NCBI GenBank assembly: GCA_963704725.1
Contig: OY969934.1
Span: forward strand, 448,001 to 512,000
Direction: 5' to 3'
DNA length: 64,000 nucleotides
DNA from: an uncultured Actinomycetes bacterium
GTDB taxonomy: Bacteria > Actinomycetota > UBA4738 > HRBIN12
The notes under the pieces are model-generated. The model had not been told where the DNA came from. It did not search any database and saw only the letters and a program-made list of their open reading frames with translations. Below are positions 49,229-58,664 of the stretch, one piece after another. The position numbers were made by a program, and so were the translations under genes. Every line of letters begins with the position of its first letter. Positions within the stretch are counted from its first letter, which is position 1.

Positions 49229-52200
49229 ATGGCGCTCACCAAGGACCGTCCCGACCAGGCCGTCCGCGTCTCGGAGGCCGAGGCCCGGGGGTTCCTGGGA
49301 CGGCCGGTCGTCTTGGCCGTGGCCATCGCGGTGGTGCTCCTGGCGTTCGGCTGGACCTTCCTGCGCGACCCCTCGGTCAGCGCCCCCACGCGCGACCCGG
49401 CCTGGTACACGTGGCGATCGAACCTGATGATGAACGACGACCCCGGCCTCATCGCGGGCGACTGGGGGCCGTTCTCGATGTTCGGCGGGGGCTATCGCGT
49501 CTCGGTCCCGCTCTACGGCTCGATCCTTCAGCGGGTGGCCGGGATCGACCTGTACACGTTCAGCGCGTTCATGATGGTGGGGGTCCCCGTGCTCACCGGG
49601 CTGGCTCTCGGTGCGTTCGCGTGGCGTCGCTCCCGCGATCCGTTGCTGTTCCTGCTCGTCATGCTCGCGACGGCGGCCCTGTTCATGACGACGCCCTACG
49701 TCGGCTACCTCGACAACATCACGATCCTGTTCTTCCTGTCGATGATCCTGGCGTTCTTCGAACCCGGGCGGACGTCGTGGGGCGCGAGGACCGCGCTCTT
49801 CCTGCTCGGCATCGTCGCGGCGTACACCCATCCCACGACGTGCGTCATCTTCGGCGCGTCGCTGATGGCCGTGTTCGGCCTCCGCGTCCTGACGAGCCGG
49901 TTCCACCTCGGCCCCGCCCTGAAGGAGCTCGGGCCGTCGCTGATGTCGGTCGGGTTCGGGATGATCCTCGGGCTCGGCTCGTGGCTCGCGTCGCCGTGGG
50001 GCGTGAAGGGGTCGCTCGCCGACGCGGCCCTTCCTCCGCCGTACACGCGAGAGGTCTTCATGAAGCGCCTCGACGGCTGGGTGAGCTCACTGCAACCGGC
50101 GATCGTCGTGCCGCTCGTGGTGCTGGCGATCGGCTGGACGATCTGGCGGGCCCGGCGGGATCACGAGCGATCCGACGGGTTCGGGACGATCTCGACGATG
50201 CTGCTCCTGCCCTTCCTCGGAACGCTCGGGTGGATCGCGGGGGCGACCTATCCCTACTACCGGTTCATGAACGCCACCCTCGCGCTCTTCCCGCTCGCGG
50301 GGCTCGGCGCGTACGTCGCGATCAAGTGGCTGTGGCGACGCGACGGCCTGGCGAAGGTCGCAGGCCTCGTCGCCTCGCTGGTGATCGTCGGGTCGTTCGG
50401 CTTCATCTGGGTCAACGGGCGGGACGCGGCGCAGTGGGCCAACCCCGACAACCAGTGGATCGACCAGCCCACCCGAACCGCGCTCTCGGCGGCGCGCGCG
50501 GTCGTCGAGCACTCGCCCCCGGACTCGCCGGTCGTCTTCGTCGTGAACTTCGGCGACACCTACCAGTCCTACGGATGGGCGAAGACCTTCACGAACGTCT
50601 CGCGGACCGGCCTGCCCGGCGAGGACGTGAAGCGCTCCATGACCTACTTCGGCGCCGTCGACGACCTGCTCGCGAACCGGCCGACCGCGTTGACGGATCC
50701 GACCTACAACAAGATGTCGCGGGGCTTCCTCCGCGAGCTGACCGCCCTCCGCGAGGAGTACACGGGCCCGCCGGTCGTCCTCCTCGTCCGCCAGTTCAAC
50801 CAGGGCACCGTGAACGAGGACCTGCTCGACTCGGGCGATCCGACCCTGATGAAGATCGGCGACGACATCGCCGTCGTCACGGGGCCGGAGCTCGCGACGC
50901 CGTCACCGGCCGCCCTGGAGGACGCTCGCGCGTCCGAGGCCGCCGTGGCCGCCTTCTACGCGGACCACCCGGGGATCTTCGGGAACCTCGGGCACACGCT
51001 GTTGGTGGTCCTCGCCCTGGTCCTGCTCCTGGTCGTCCCCGGCCTGCTCGCGGCGGACTACTTCGAGCTGAACGACACGTGGCTCCGGGTCTCGCTCGTG
51101 CCGGGGATCTCGATCGCGCTCACCGTGCTGGCGGGAGTGATCGTCGTCGGCGTGCACCGGGCGCCTTTCGGGACCGGCGACGGGTGGGCCTCGCTCGGTC
51201 TGGCCACCGTGTTCGCCGGAGGTCTCCGCGTGGGCGCTCGGCCGATCCAGCGGACCATGGCGGCCGTCGGCGACTTCTTCAACCGGATGTTCTCCACGTT
51301 CTCCAACGCGGACTTCGCGGCGCTGATGGGCGTGCAGTTCCTGGTCATGGCGGCGGACGGCCTGATCCGGGGGTCGATCGCCAAGTCGATCGCGTTCGGA
51401 GGCCAGGAGGGTTTCGACATCACGACGGTGCCGTCAGCCGACTACCTCCTGAAGGTGGTGCTGGCGCTCTACGTGCCGTACACGTTCCTGTCGCCGTTCA
51501 TCGGCGTCGTCATCGACCGGTTCGAGCGGCGGCGCGTGCTGGCCGTCTCGAGCATCGTCACCGCCGCGACCACGGCGGTCCTCGCCGTCGCGATCATGCT
51601 CCCCCTCGGCGACGACACGTCCGAGGGCAAGGTGGCGGCGACCGCCGGCCTGGTCCTGGCGATGCTGGTCATGCAGGCCTGCGTGCGGATCATGCTCGCG
51701 GTCAAGTCGGCCGCCCTGCCCGGCGTCGTGCACGGGAAGGACCTGATGAACGGCAACGGTCTGTCCCAGGCCGGCGGCGCGCTCTTCCAGGTGCTCGGGG
51801 CGGGGGTGGCGTTCGGGGCCGGCGGGGCGCTGCCGTCCTGGGCGGTCGTGATCGTCGGCGGCGGGACGCTCGTGGTGTCGGCGTTCGTGGCGATGCGGAT
51901 CCAGCGCATGGAGATCACGAAGCACGTGACGTCGTTCGCCGAGGAGGCCAAGCGCGTCGTCAAGGACATCGCGAACGGCGTCCGGGAGGTGGCGCAGCGC
52001 CCGGCCGCGGCGCTCGGGCTCACCGCGTTCCAGATGCTCCGGTACCAGTTCTGGGGGTTCGCCCTCGGCGTGTTCGCCCTGTACGCGCGCTCCCTCGTCG
52101 AGAGCGGCGACGTCGACTCGATCGCGCTCGCCATCGTGGGCGGAGGCGGGTTCGTGGGCGGCGCGCTCGGCATGGTGCTCGCGCAGCGGTGGAAGGACCG

Positions 52201-52609
52201 CGTGCCTCCCGTCCGGCTGCTCCTCGGGTCGATGGCGCTCCTCGGCGGGAGCGCGCTCGTCCTCGGCTTCTGGGTGAGCCTGGCCGGCTTCACCCTCCTG
52301 CTGTTCTTCGGGTTCTTCGCGTTCTTCCTCGGCAAGATCTCCGCCGACACGATCCTCCAGCAGGCCATCCGAGACGATTTCCGGGGCCGCGCGTTCGCGC
52401 TGTTCGACATCGCGTACAACCTCGGGTTCATCGTCCCGGCGCTCATCCTCGTGCTCGTGTGGAACGACGACCGGGCGGGCGTCACGCTGATCGCTTCCGG
52501 CGCGGTGTTTCTCGCGCTGACGGCGGGCATCGCCCGCTGGGCTCGGGCCATCCGAGCGGAGCTCGCCCCGCAGGACGACCTCGCCGACGACGCCCCGGAG
52601 GCGCGGTGA
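49229..52609 (+). CDS. 1126-aa polytopic membrane protein: GT-C-like N-terminal region fused to a C-terminal MFS domain
   Basis: TM1 then TRDPAWY loop, many TMs, YTHP, YYRF and an extracytoplasmic domain. From about 51260 a 12-TM MFS with GVVIDRFERRRVL and DDFRGRAFA. Confidence 0.75.
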   Translation: MALTKDRPDQAVRVSEAEARGFLGRPVVLAVAIAVVLLAFGWTFLRDPSVSAPTRDPAWYTWRSNLMMNDDPGLIAGDWGPFSMFGGGYRVSVPLYGSILQRVAGIDLYTFSAFMMVGVPVLTGLALGAFAWRRSRDPLLFLLVMLATAALFMTTPYVGYLDNITILFFLSMILAFFEPGRTSWGARTALFLLGIVAAYTHPTTCVIFGASLMAVFGLRVLTSRFHLGPALKELGPSLMSVGFGMILGLGSWLASPWGVKGSLADAALPPPYTREVFMKRLDGWVSSLQPAIVVPLVVLAIGWTIWRARRDHERSDGFGTISTMLLLPFLGTLGWIAGATYPYYRFMNATLALFPLAGLGAYVAIKWLWRRDGLAKVAGLVASLVIVGSFGFIWVNGRDAAQWANPDNQWIDQPTRTALSAARAVVEHSPPDSPVVFVVNFGDTYQSYGWAKTFTNVSRTGLPGEDVKRSMTYFGAVDDLLANRPTALTDPTYNKMSRGFLRELTALREEYTGPPVVLLVRQFNQGTVNEDLLDSGDPTLMKIGDDIAVVTGPELATPSPAALEDARASEAAVAAFYADHPGIFGNLGHTLLVVLALVLLLVVPGLLAADYFELNDTWLRVSLVPGISIALTVLAGVIVVGVHRAPFGTGDGWASLGLATVFAGGLRVGARPIQRTMAAVGDFFNRMFSTFSNADFAALMGVQFLVMAADGLIRGSIAKSIAFGGQEGFDITTVPSADYLLKVVLALYVPYTFLSPFIGVVIDRFERRRVLAVSSIVTAATTAVLAVAIMLPLGDDTSEGKVAATAGLVLAMLVMQACVRIMLAVKSAALPGVVHGKDLMNGNGLSQAGGALFQVLGAGVAFGAGGALPSWAVVIVGGGTLVVSAFVAMRIQRMEITKHVTSFAEEAKRVVKDIANGVREVAQRPAAALGLTAFQMLRYQFWGFALGVFALYARSLVESGDVDSIALAIVGGGGFVGGALGMVLAQRWKDRVPPVRLLLGSMALLGGSALVLGFWVSLAGFTLLLFFGFFAFFLGKISADTILQQAIRDDFRGRAFALFDIAYNLGFIVPALILVLVWNDDRAGVTLIASGAVFLALTAGIARWARAIRAELAPQDDLADDAPEAR

Positions 52610-53142
52610 TGCAGAGACTCTCCTCGCCCGATCCCGTCTCCGAGCCGGCCGCGTATCAGCAGCACCTGCTCGGCCTCCTCGGGCAGGACGATCCGGCCGA
52701 GGTGCAGGCCGGCGCGGTGGAGGCCTGGCGCGCGCTCGTCGACGAGACCGGGGACCGGCTGCGAGACCGCCCCGAGCCCTCCGAGTGGTCGGTGCTGGAG
52801 TGCCTGGGGCACGCCACAGACGCCGAGCTCGTCGTGTCGGGCCGCTACCGGTGGATCCTCGCGCACGACGAGCCGCCCCTGATCGGCTACGACCAGGACC
52901 TGTGGGTGGACCGCCTCCGCCACCACGAGGACGACCCCGACGAGCTCCAGGCGTTCCTGGGCGCGCTCCGATCGGCCAACCTCGCGCTGTGGCGCAAGAC
53001 GCCGGAGGGGGACCGGGCCCGCGTCGGCGTGCACGCCGAGCGGGGACCGGAGAGCTACGAGCTCACGTTCCGGCTGCTCGCCGGGCACGACCGCTTCCAC
53101 CTGGCGCAGGCGCGCCGCGCGCTCGACGCCGTCTCCGCCTAG
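52609..53142 (+). CDS. DinB family protein
   Basis: EWSVLECLGH, YDQDLW, HAERG, AGHDRFH; start overlaps the upstream stop. Confidence 0.88.
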   Translation: MQRLSSPDPVSEPAAYQQHLLGLLGQDDPAEVQAGAVEAWRALVDETGDRLRDRPEPSEWSVLECLGHATDAELVVSGRYRWILAHDEPPLIGYDQDLWVDRLRHHEDDPDELQAFLGALRSANLALWRKTPEGDRARVGVHAERGPESYELTFRLLAGHDRFHLAQARRALDAVSA

Positions 53143-53414
53143 GCGGGACCGGAGCCGATCGTCGCCTCGAACTCGGGGAAGTAGCGACCGATCACGGTCA
53201 CGTCGAAGCTCCGAAGGATCGACTCCTTGGGCTCGCGCTCGAGCAGGAACGCGAAGCAGGCGCGCACGAAGTCCTCGGGCGTCGCGAACGCGGCGCCGAG
53301 CCGCTCGAGGTCCTCGGCCGACGCCGTGACCTCGTGTTCGGTGCTCGAGCCCCGCTCCTCGACCGTGACGTGGAAGCGCCCGATGTCCGCTCGGACCACC
53401 GAGATCTCGGACAA
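53139..53414 (-). CDS. Conserved-looking hypothetical protein
   Basis: 91 aa; FAFLLEREPKESILRSFDVTVIGRYFPEFE. Confidence 0.7.
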   Translation of the reverse strand: MSEISVVRADIGRFHVTVEERGSSTEHEVTASAEDLERLGAAFATPEDFVRACFAFLLEREPKESILRSFDVTVIGRYFPEFEATIGSGPA

Positions 53415-53452
53415 GCCGATCCCTCCTCGCCGGGTATCGTACGCGCGACCCC

Positions 53453-54253
53453 TTGGAGGTCGAGCCCGTGCCCGAGGTCCACACGAACGACGCGACGCTG
53501 TTCTGCGAGCTCGACGGCGTCGGCGAACCGGTCACGGTCGTGGCGCACGGGCTCACGCACAACCGGAACGAGCTCGCCGCGTTCACGCCCTACGCGCCGG
53601 GCACCAAGGTCCGGTTCGACTTCCGCGGTCACGGCCGGTCGAGCAGCCCCCCGACCGGGTTCCGCTTCGCGGACTTCGCGCGAGACGTGGACGCGGTCGC
53701 GACCGCGTTCGGGGCCACGGTCGCGCTCGGGACCTCGCTCGGCGCCGGCGCCATCGGGCGCCTGGTCTGCCGGGTGCCGGATCGCTTCGAGCGCATGGTG
53801 TGGCTGCTGCCGGCGGGACTCGACATCCCGTTCTCGCTGGCCGGCCGGTATCACGCGCTGGCCGGTGAGCTCGAGGGCAAGACGCCCGAGGAGGCCCTGG
53901 AGGGCATCCTCAACGACCCCGCGCGCGTGACCGAGTATTTCCAGACGCCCTGGAGGCTGGAGGTCGACCGCCTGATGTGGCAGCACGACGACCCCGACGG
54001 TCTCGCGCGCGCCATCAACGGGGTGGTCGACGACTGGCCGATCCCCGACCGTGAGCTCCTGCGCGAGGTCCGGATCCCGACGCTGATCGTGTGCATCGAG
54101 GACGACGACATCCATCCGGCCGAGCTGGGGCCGATCTTCACCGGCCTGATGCCGGACGCCGAGCTGATCTCCTTCGCCAGCCAGGAACAGCTCTTCGCCG
54201 AGATCCCGGCGCTCGTCGCGCGTGTCGCGGCCTTCATCGAGGGGAATGACTGA
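53453..54253 (+). CDS. Alpha/beta hydrolase
   Basis: AHG, FDFRGHGRS, GTSLG nucleophile elbow. Start may be GTG 53468. Confidence 0.85.
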   Translation: MEVEPVPEVHTNDATLFCELDGVGEPVTVVAHGLTHNRNELAAFTPYAPGTKVRFDFRGHGRSSSPPTGFRFADFARDVDAVATAFGATVALGTSLGAGAIGRLVCRVPDRFERMVWLLPAGLDIPFSLAGRYHALAGELEGKTPEEALEGILNDPARVTEYFQTPWRLEVDRLMWQHDDPDGLARAINGVVDDWPIPDRELLREVRIPTLIVCIEDDDIHPAELGPIFTGLMPDAELISFASQEQLFAEIPALVARVAAFIEGND

Positions 54254-54280
54254 CGTGGTGACGGCGTTGCAGGCCTCGCG

Positions 54281-54823
54281 ATGAGCGAGCTCGAGGACTT
54301 CCGTGCGGACAAGGACACGTTCTTCCGCGAGCACCCGCAGTCGCCGCTGCGGCAGGAGCAGCAGGCGTCGTTCGCGGGCCTCGTCTACTTCTCCGCGGAT
54401 CCGGCGCTCGTCGTTCGCACCCGCGTCGAGACGGAGGGCGTCGACCTCGAGGATGTCATCGTGATGCCCACGACCACCGGCGGGGAGCAGACGTACCGCC
54501 GCGCCGGCGTCGCCCGGTTCGAGGTCGACGGCAGCCCGGCGCAAGTGACTCTGTTCACGTCCGCCGACTCGCGCGAGCTGTTCCTTCCGTTCCGCGACGC
54601 GACGAGCGGCGACGAGACCTACGGCGCCGGCCGCTACCTCGAGGTCGAGGCGCCCTCCCTCGATGGGACGGTCGAGATCGACTTCAACTACGCCTACAAC
54701 CCGTACTGCGCCTACAACCCGGACTGGTCCTGTCCCATCCCGCCCGCCGAGAACTGGCTCTCGGTCCCGATCCGTGCCGGCGAGAAGCGATTCCCGGACG
54801 AGCCGGCCGGGACCGTCGGGTAA
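54281..54823 (+). CDS. DUF1684 family protein
   Basis: FRDATSGDETYGAGRYL, DFNYAYNPYCAYN..WSCPIPP. Confidence 0.92.
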   Translation: MSELEDFRADKDTFFREHPQSPLRQEQQASFAGLVYFSADPALVVRTRVETEGVDLEDVIVMPTTTGGEQTYRRAGVARFEVDGSPAQVTLFTSADSRELFLPFRDATSGDETYGAGRYLEVEAPSLDGTVEIDFNYAYNPYCAYNPDWSCPIPPAENWLSVPIRAGEKRFPDEPAGTVG

Positions 54824-54833
54824 CCTCTGCCGC

Positions 54834-55556
54834 GTGACCGAGGAGCTGTTCTCCACCGACGCGTACGCGCGCGTGTGCCGGGCGATCGTGCAGGGCGTGA
54901 CGGAGGACGGCGTCGTCCTGGACCGCACCGTCTTCTACGCGCGAGGCGGCGGGCAGCCCGGCGACACGGGCGTCCTGCGCTGGGACGAAGGCGAGGCCCG
55001 GGTGGTCGACACCGTCAAGCGCTCGGGCACGCTGGTCCACGTCGTCGAGGGTACGGCACCCCCGGTCGGCGCGACCGTGTCGGCGGAGATCGACTGGGAG
55101 CGGCGGCACCTGTTGATGCGGACCCACACCGCCCTGCACGCGCTGTCGGGCATCGTGTTCCGCGACTACGGCGCGAAGGTGACCGGAGGCAACATCTCCG
55201 AGCCCGGCGTGGCGAGGATGGACTTCGAGCTCGACACGATCGGGGCCGAGTTCGGTCGCGAGGTGGAGGAGAAGCTCAACGCGGCGCTGAGCTCGGATCG
55301 GCCGGTGCACGTGAGCTTCCTGCCCAGGGCCGAAGCGCTCGCCGACCCGGACCTCATCCGGACCAAGGTCAGCCTGATCCCGGACTCCGTCGACCCGATC
55401 CGGGTCATCGACATCGAGGGCATCGACAAGCAGGCCGACGGCGGCACGCACGTGCGTTCCAGCGGGGAGGTCGGCCGGGTGCGCGTGGCCAAGACCGAGA
55501 ACAAGGGCAGGGCCTTCAAGCGGATGCGCATCGAGCTCGTCGACCCGGCCGGCTGA
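54834..55556 (+). CDS. alaX: Alanyl-tRNA editing protein AlaX
   Basis: FYARGGGQPGD, MRTHTALH, QADGGTHV. Confidence 0.9.
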   Translation: MTEELFSTDAYARVCRAIVQGVTEDGVVLDRTVFYARGGGQPGDTGVLRWDEGEARVVDTVKRSGTLVHVVEGTAPPVGATVSAEIDWERRHLLMRTHTALHALSGIVFRDYGAKVTGGNISEPGVARMDFELDTIGAEFGREVEEKLNAALSSDRPVHVSFLPRAEALADPDLIRTKVSLIPDSVDPIRVIDIEGIDKQADGGTHVRSSGEVGRVRVAKTENKGRAFKRMRIELVDPAG

Positions 55557-55576
55557 CCTTGGCCTCCGCAGCCGCC

Positions 55577-56476
55577 GTGCGGACGAACCGCGATCTCGTC
55601 GGCGGCGTCCTCGCGGCCGCGGCCTCCTTGCAGTTCGGGACGATCGTCGTGCTCGGCAAGCGGGTGCTGGGACGCGGCATGACCGTCGAGTCGATGCTCG
55701 CCTACCGGTTCGGCGTGGCGGCGATCCTGCTCGCGCTCGTCCTCGTCGCGCTCCGGCGCCCCCTGCTCGCCGAGCCGGGTGAGCGCGCGGGCCTGGCCGC
55801 GCTCGCCTTCTTCGGGTACGCGGCCGAATCGACGTTCTTCTTCACCGGGGCCCGCCACGGCACCGTGGCCGCCGTCACGTTGCTCTTCTTCACCTACCCG
55901 GTGTTCGTGACGGTGGGGGTGTGGCTCGCCGGACGCGGCGCTCCCGCCCGGCTCACGCTGCTCGCGCTGGCGTGCGCCGTCTTGGGCGCCGGGATCGTGG
56001 CCGGCACCGGCGCGGGGCTCTCCGTCCAGGTCGAGGGCGTCGTCTTCGCCCTCGCCGCCGGGCTCACGTACAGCGCGTACCTGATCGGCAGCGACTTCGT
56101 CCTGCGGCGGACGAGCCCGCTCACGAGCGCGATGTGGGTGAGCGCCGGCGCCTCGCTCGGTCTGTTCTCGTTCTCGGCGGTGGCGAGCCGCTACAGCTCG
56201 CCCCAGGTGACCGCCGATTGGTGGTCGATCCTCGGGATGGGCCTGGCGTCGGCCGGCGCGTTCGTGTGTCTGCTCGGCGCGCTCCAGCGGATCGGCGCGG
56301 TGCGCACGTCGATCGTCTCGGCGACCGAGCCGCTCTCGGCGGCGTTCCTCGGCTGGATCGTGCTCGACGAATCCGTCAGCGCGGGGACGGCGATCGGCGG
56401 TGCGCTGATCCTCGCCGCCGCCGTCGCCGCGAGCCTCGCCCGGGCGGCGAGCGAGCAGGAGCAGCAGATCCCCTAG
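55577..56476 (+). CDS. DMT/EamA family transporter
   Basis: Ten TMs in two repeats; FTYP, ATEP. Start approximate. Confidence 0.85.
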   Translation: MRTNRDLVGGVLAAAASLQFGTIVVLGKRVLGRGMTVESMLAYRFGVAAILLALVLVALRRPLLAEPGERAGLAALAFFGYAAESTFFFTGARHGTVAAVTLLFFTYPVFVTVGVWLAGRGAPARLTLLALACAVLGAGIVAGTGAGLSVQVEGVVFALAAGLTYSAYLIGSDFVLRRTSPLTSAMWVSAGASLGLFSFSAVASRYSSPQVTADWWSILGMGLASAGAFVCLLGALQRIGAVRTSIVSATEPLSAAFLGWIVLDESVSAGTAIGGALILAAAVAASLARAASEQEQQIP

Positions 56477-56505
56477 CGCCGGGCCGTGTCGGAGGCCGGA
56501 GGTTC

Positions 56506-58533
56506 CTAGCCGGACGCGAGCACGATCGTCCACATCGTGGCGTAGCTGGCGGTCGATGCCGCCGTGGCCGTGAGCCCGCCGTACGAGCCGGCGGGCACGA
56601 GGCCGTCGCTGTCGACGACGAGCCCCTTCACGGTGCCACTCCCGGTCTGCGTGCCGCTCGCACGGACCGTCACCCCGCCGGGCGGGGTCAGGAGCGTCGC
56701 GGTCGAGTCCTTGTGCGTCCAGTAGGAGACCGCCCAGCTCGTGGCCGAGGAGACCGCCGCGAACGGCGTGACGTGCTGGGACCGCCCGGGCGCGTCGATC
56801 GCGCTCGCGAACGAGGCGACGGGATCGATCCCGGAGGTTCCGCGGTAGGCGACGAGCACGAGGTTCCCCTTCGAGATCGAAGAGACCGAGATCGTCACGG
56901 CGCCGCCGACGTCTGCGGGGCCGGCCACCTTCCGCCAGACGCGCGTCGTGGCGCCCGACATCGTCAGCGTGTCGAGCGGGGCCCACCCGGTCACGCCGGC
57001 CGGCTCCGAGACGGTGGCCGTGGTGTTCGTCGCGAAGAACAGGAGCAGGCCGTCACCCGGCGCGACGGACGCCGGCACCGTGACGCTGTGAGTGACCGCG
57101 TTCGCGTTGGACATCGCCTGCCCGACGAACGAGATCTGCCCGCCGCCCTCCGCGACCGTGACGCCCCGCGTGTCCACGCCGGTCGCGCCGTCGTCGTCGG
57201 TCACGGTGAGCGTGACGGCGTAGGAGCCGGCGGCCGCGTACGTGTGCGACGCCGTGATCCCGACGTCCGTCCCGCCGTCGCCGAAGTCCCACGCGTACGA
57301 GGCGATCGCCCCATCGGGATCGAAGGAGTCGGATCCGTCCACCGTGCAGGAGAGCTCGGCGCATCCGACGCCGATGACCGCGGTCGGGGCCCGGTTCGGG
57401 GGCGGCTCGTTCGACAGGCCGACGACCCGCTCGAGGGGCACGAGCTTGAAGTTCTGGTTCCCGCTGTTCCCCGGGAGCGTGTTGGTGTTGTCCTGGCACA
57501 CGAACAGGCCGTTCGGGAACGCCGGCCCCATGTCTGCGGCCAGCGCGTCGATGCCGTCGGTGCGCCCGCACCCATCGACGACCGCCCCGGTCACCACGCG
57601 GAAGCTCCGGATGAAGGCGTTGGCGCCCTGGCGCTCGTAGACGAGGTAGGAGTTGAGCGTGTCGGACGCGGCCTGCGACGACGCGAGCAGGTACCCCGTC
57701 CCTCCGGGCTGGTAGACGATCGTGAGCCCTTCGGCGTCGGGACGGATGTGCCCGCCGGCCGCGATCGTGCGGTCAACCGCCACCCGCGACCCGGGGTTCG
57801 TCGGATCGGTCGGCTCGGCCCCGTACTTCCAGATCGCGACGTCCTCCTCGCTGATGTAGAGGTCCCCGAGCTCGTCGTCGGCCACGCAGCCCTCGACCTC
57901 GCGTCCCACGTCCCACTGGCGGACGACGGTCCCCTCGATCAGGCCGTCGGCGTCGGCATCGGTCAGTGCGAGCTGGGCGACCCGGCCGCTGCGGGCGTTC
58001 ACGAACACGTAGAAGCTCCCGGAGGCGGGGCTCCGGTACAGGCAGATCCCCTCGCCGCCGGTGAACGGGACCGCGATGCTCCCGGTCCCGGAGTCCGTGA
58101 CGTTCGCGAGGTGCCTGGTGGCCGGATCGATCCCGTAGACGCGGATCCCGGCCCGGAAGGTCACGGCGACGTCGATCGCCCCGGTCGCAGTGACGATCCC
58201 GCTGCGGACGTCGACGTTGCCGAAGAACCCACCCGTGATCCGCTGGATGAGCCCGCCGGCCAGATCGTAGACCTCGAGCGCTCCGCCCTTGTCGTTGCCG
58301 ATCACCACGGAGCGCGACGGATCGGAGGGATCCCGCCAGATCGCGGGGTCGTCCGCCGCGTCGCCCGAGTGCGAGACCGGAGGTGTCTCGACCGTGGCCA
58401 CCGCGTCGCCCACCGGCTGGTCGGCGGCCGCCGCGGGTGTCCACACCGCCGACACGGCGGCGACGAGGACGGCGGCCACGACGGCCGTGCGGCGTCGGAC
58501 CGGTGGCGCGATCGACCGATCTGGTGTCCTCAC
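56506..58533 (-). CDS. Beta-propeller phytase with PKD domain and C-terminal beta-rich domain
   Basis: Signal peptide; DAADDPAIW, NVDVR, EGCVADD, DAEGL, DGID, QNFK; PKD motif SYAWDFGDG..VTLTVTDDDG. Confidence 0.88.
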   Translation of the reverse strand: MRTPDRSIAPPVRRRTAVVAAVLVAAVSAVWTPAAAADQPVGDAVATVETPPVSHSGDAADDPAIWRDPSDPSRSVVIGNDKGGALEVYDLAGGLIQRITGGFFGNVDVRSGIVTATGAIDVAVTFRAGIRVYGIDPATRHLANVTDSGTGSIAVPFTGGEGICLYRSPASGSFYVFVNARSGRVAQLALTDADADGLIEGTVVRQWDVGREVEGCVADDELGDLYISEEDVAIWKYGAEPTDPTNPGSRVAVDRTIAAGGHIRPDAEGLTIVYQPGGTGYLLASSQAASDTLNSYLVYERQGANAFIRSFRVVTGAVVDGCGRTDGIDALAADMGPAFPNGLFVCQDNTNTLPGNSGNQNFKLVPLERVVGLSNEPPPNRAPTAVIGVGCAELSCTVDGSDSFDPDGAIASYAWDFGDGGTDVGITASHTYAAAGSYAVTLTVTDDDGATGVDTRGVTVAEGGGQISFVGQAMSNANAVTHSVTVPASVAPGDGLLLFFATNTTATVSEPAGVTGWAPLDTLTMSGATTRVWRKVAGPADVGGAVTISVSSISKGNLVLVAYRGTSGIDPVASFASAIDAPGRSQHVTPFAAVSSATSWAVSYWTHKDSTATLLTPPGGVTVRASGTQTGSGTVKGLVVDSDGLVPAGSYGGLTATAASTASYATMWTIVLASG

Positions 58534-58664
58534 GGCTCCCCGCCTCGCCCGCCGCGAACGGCCTCATGCCGCCGGCGGTACGAGATCCCCTCTGCGGGCG
58601 CACAGTACCGAGCGCCCGTGCGGTCGCGCAACGGTTTCTTGGGGGAAGTCCTCCCCCCACGGGG

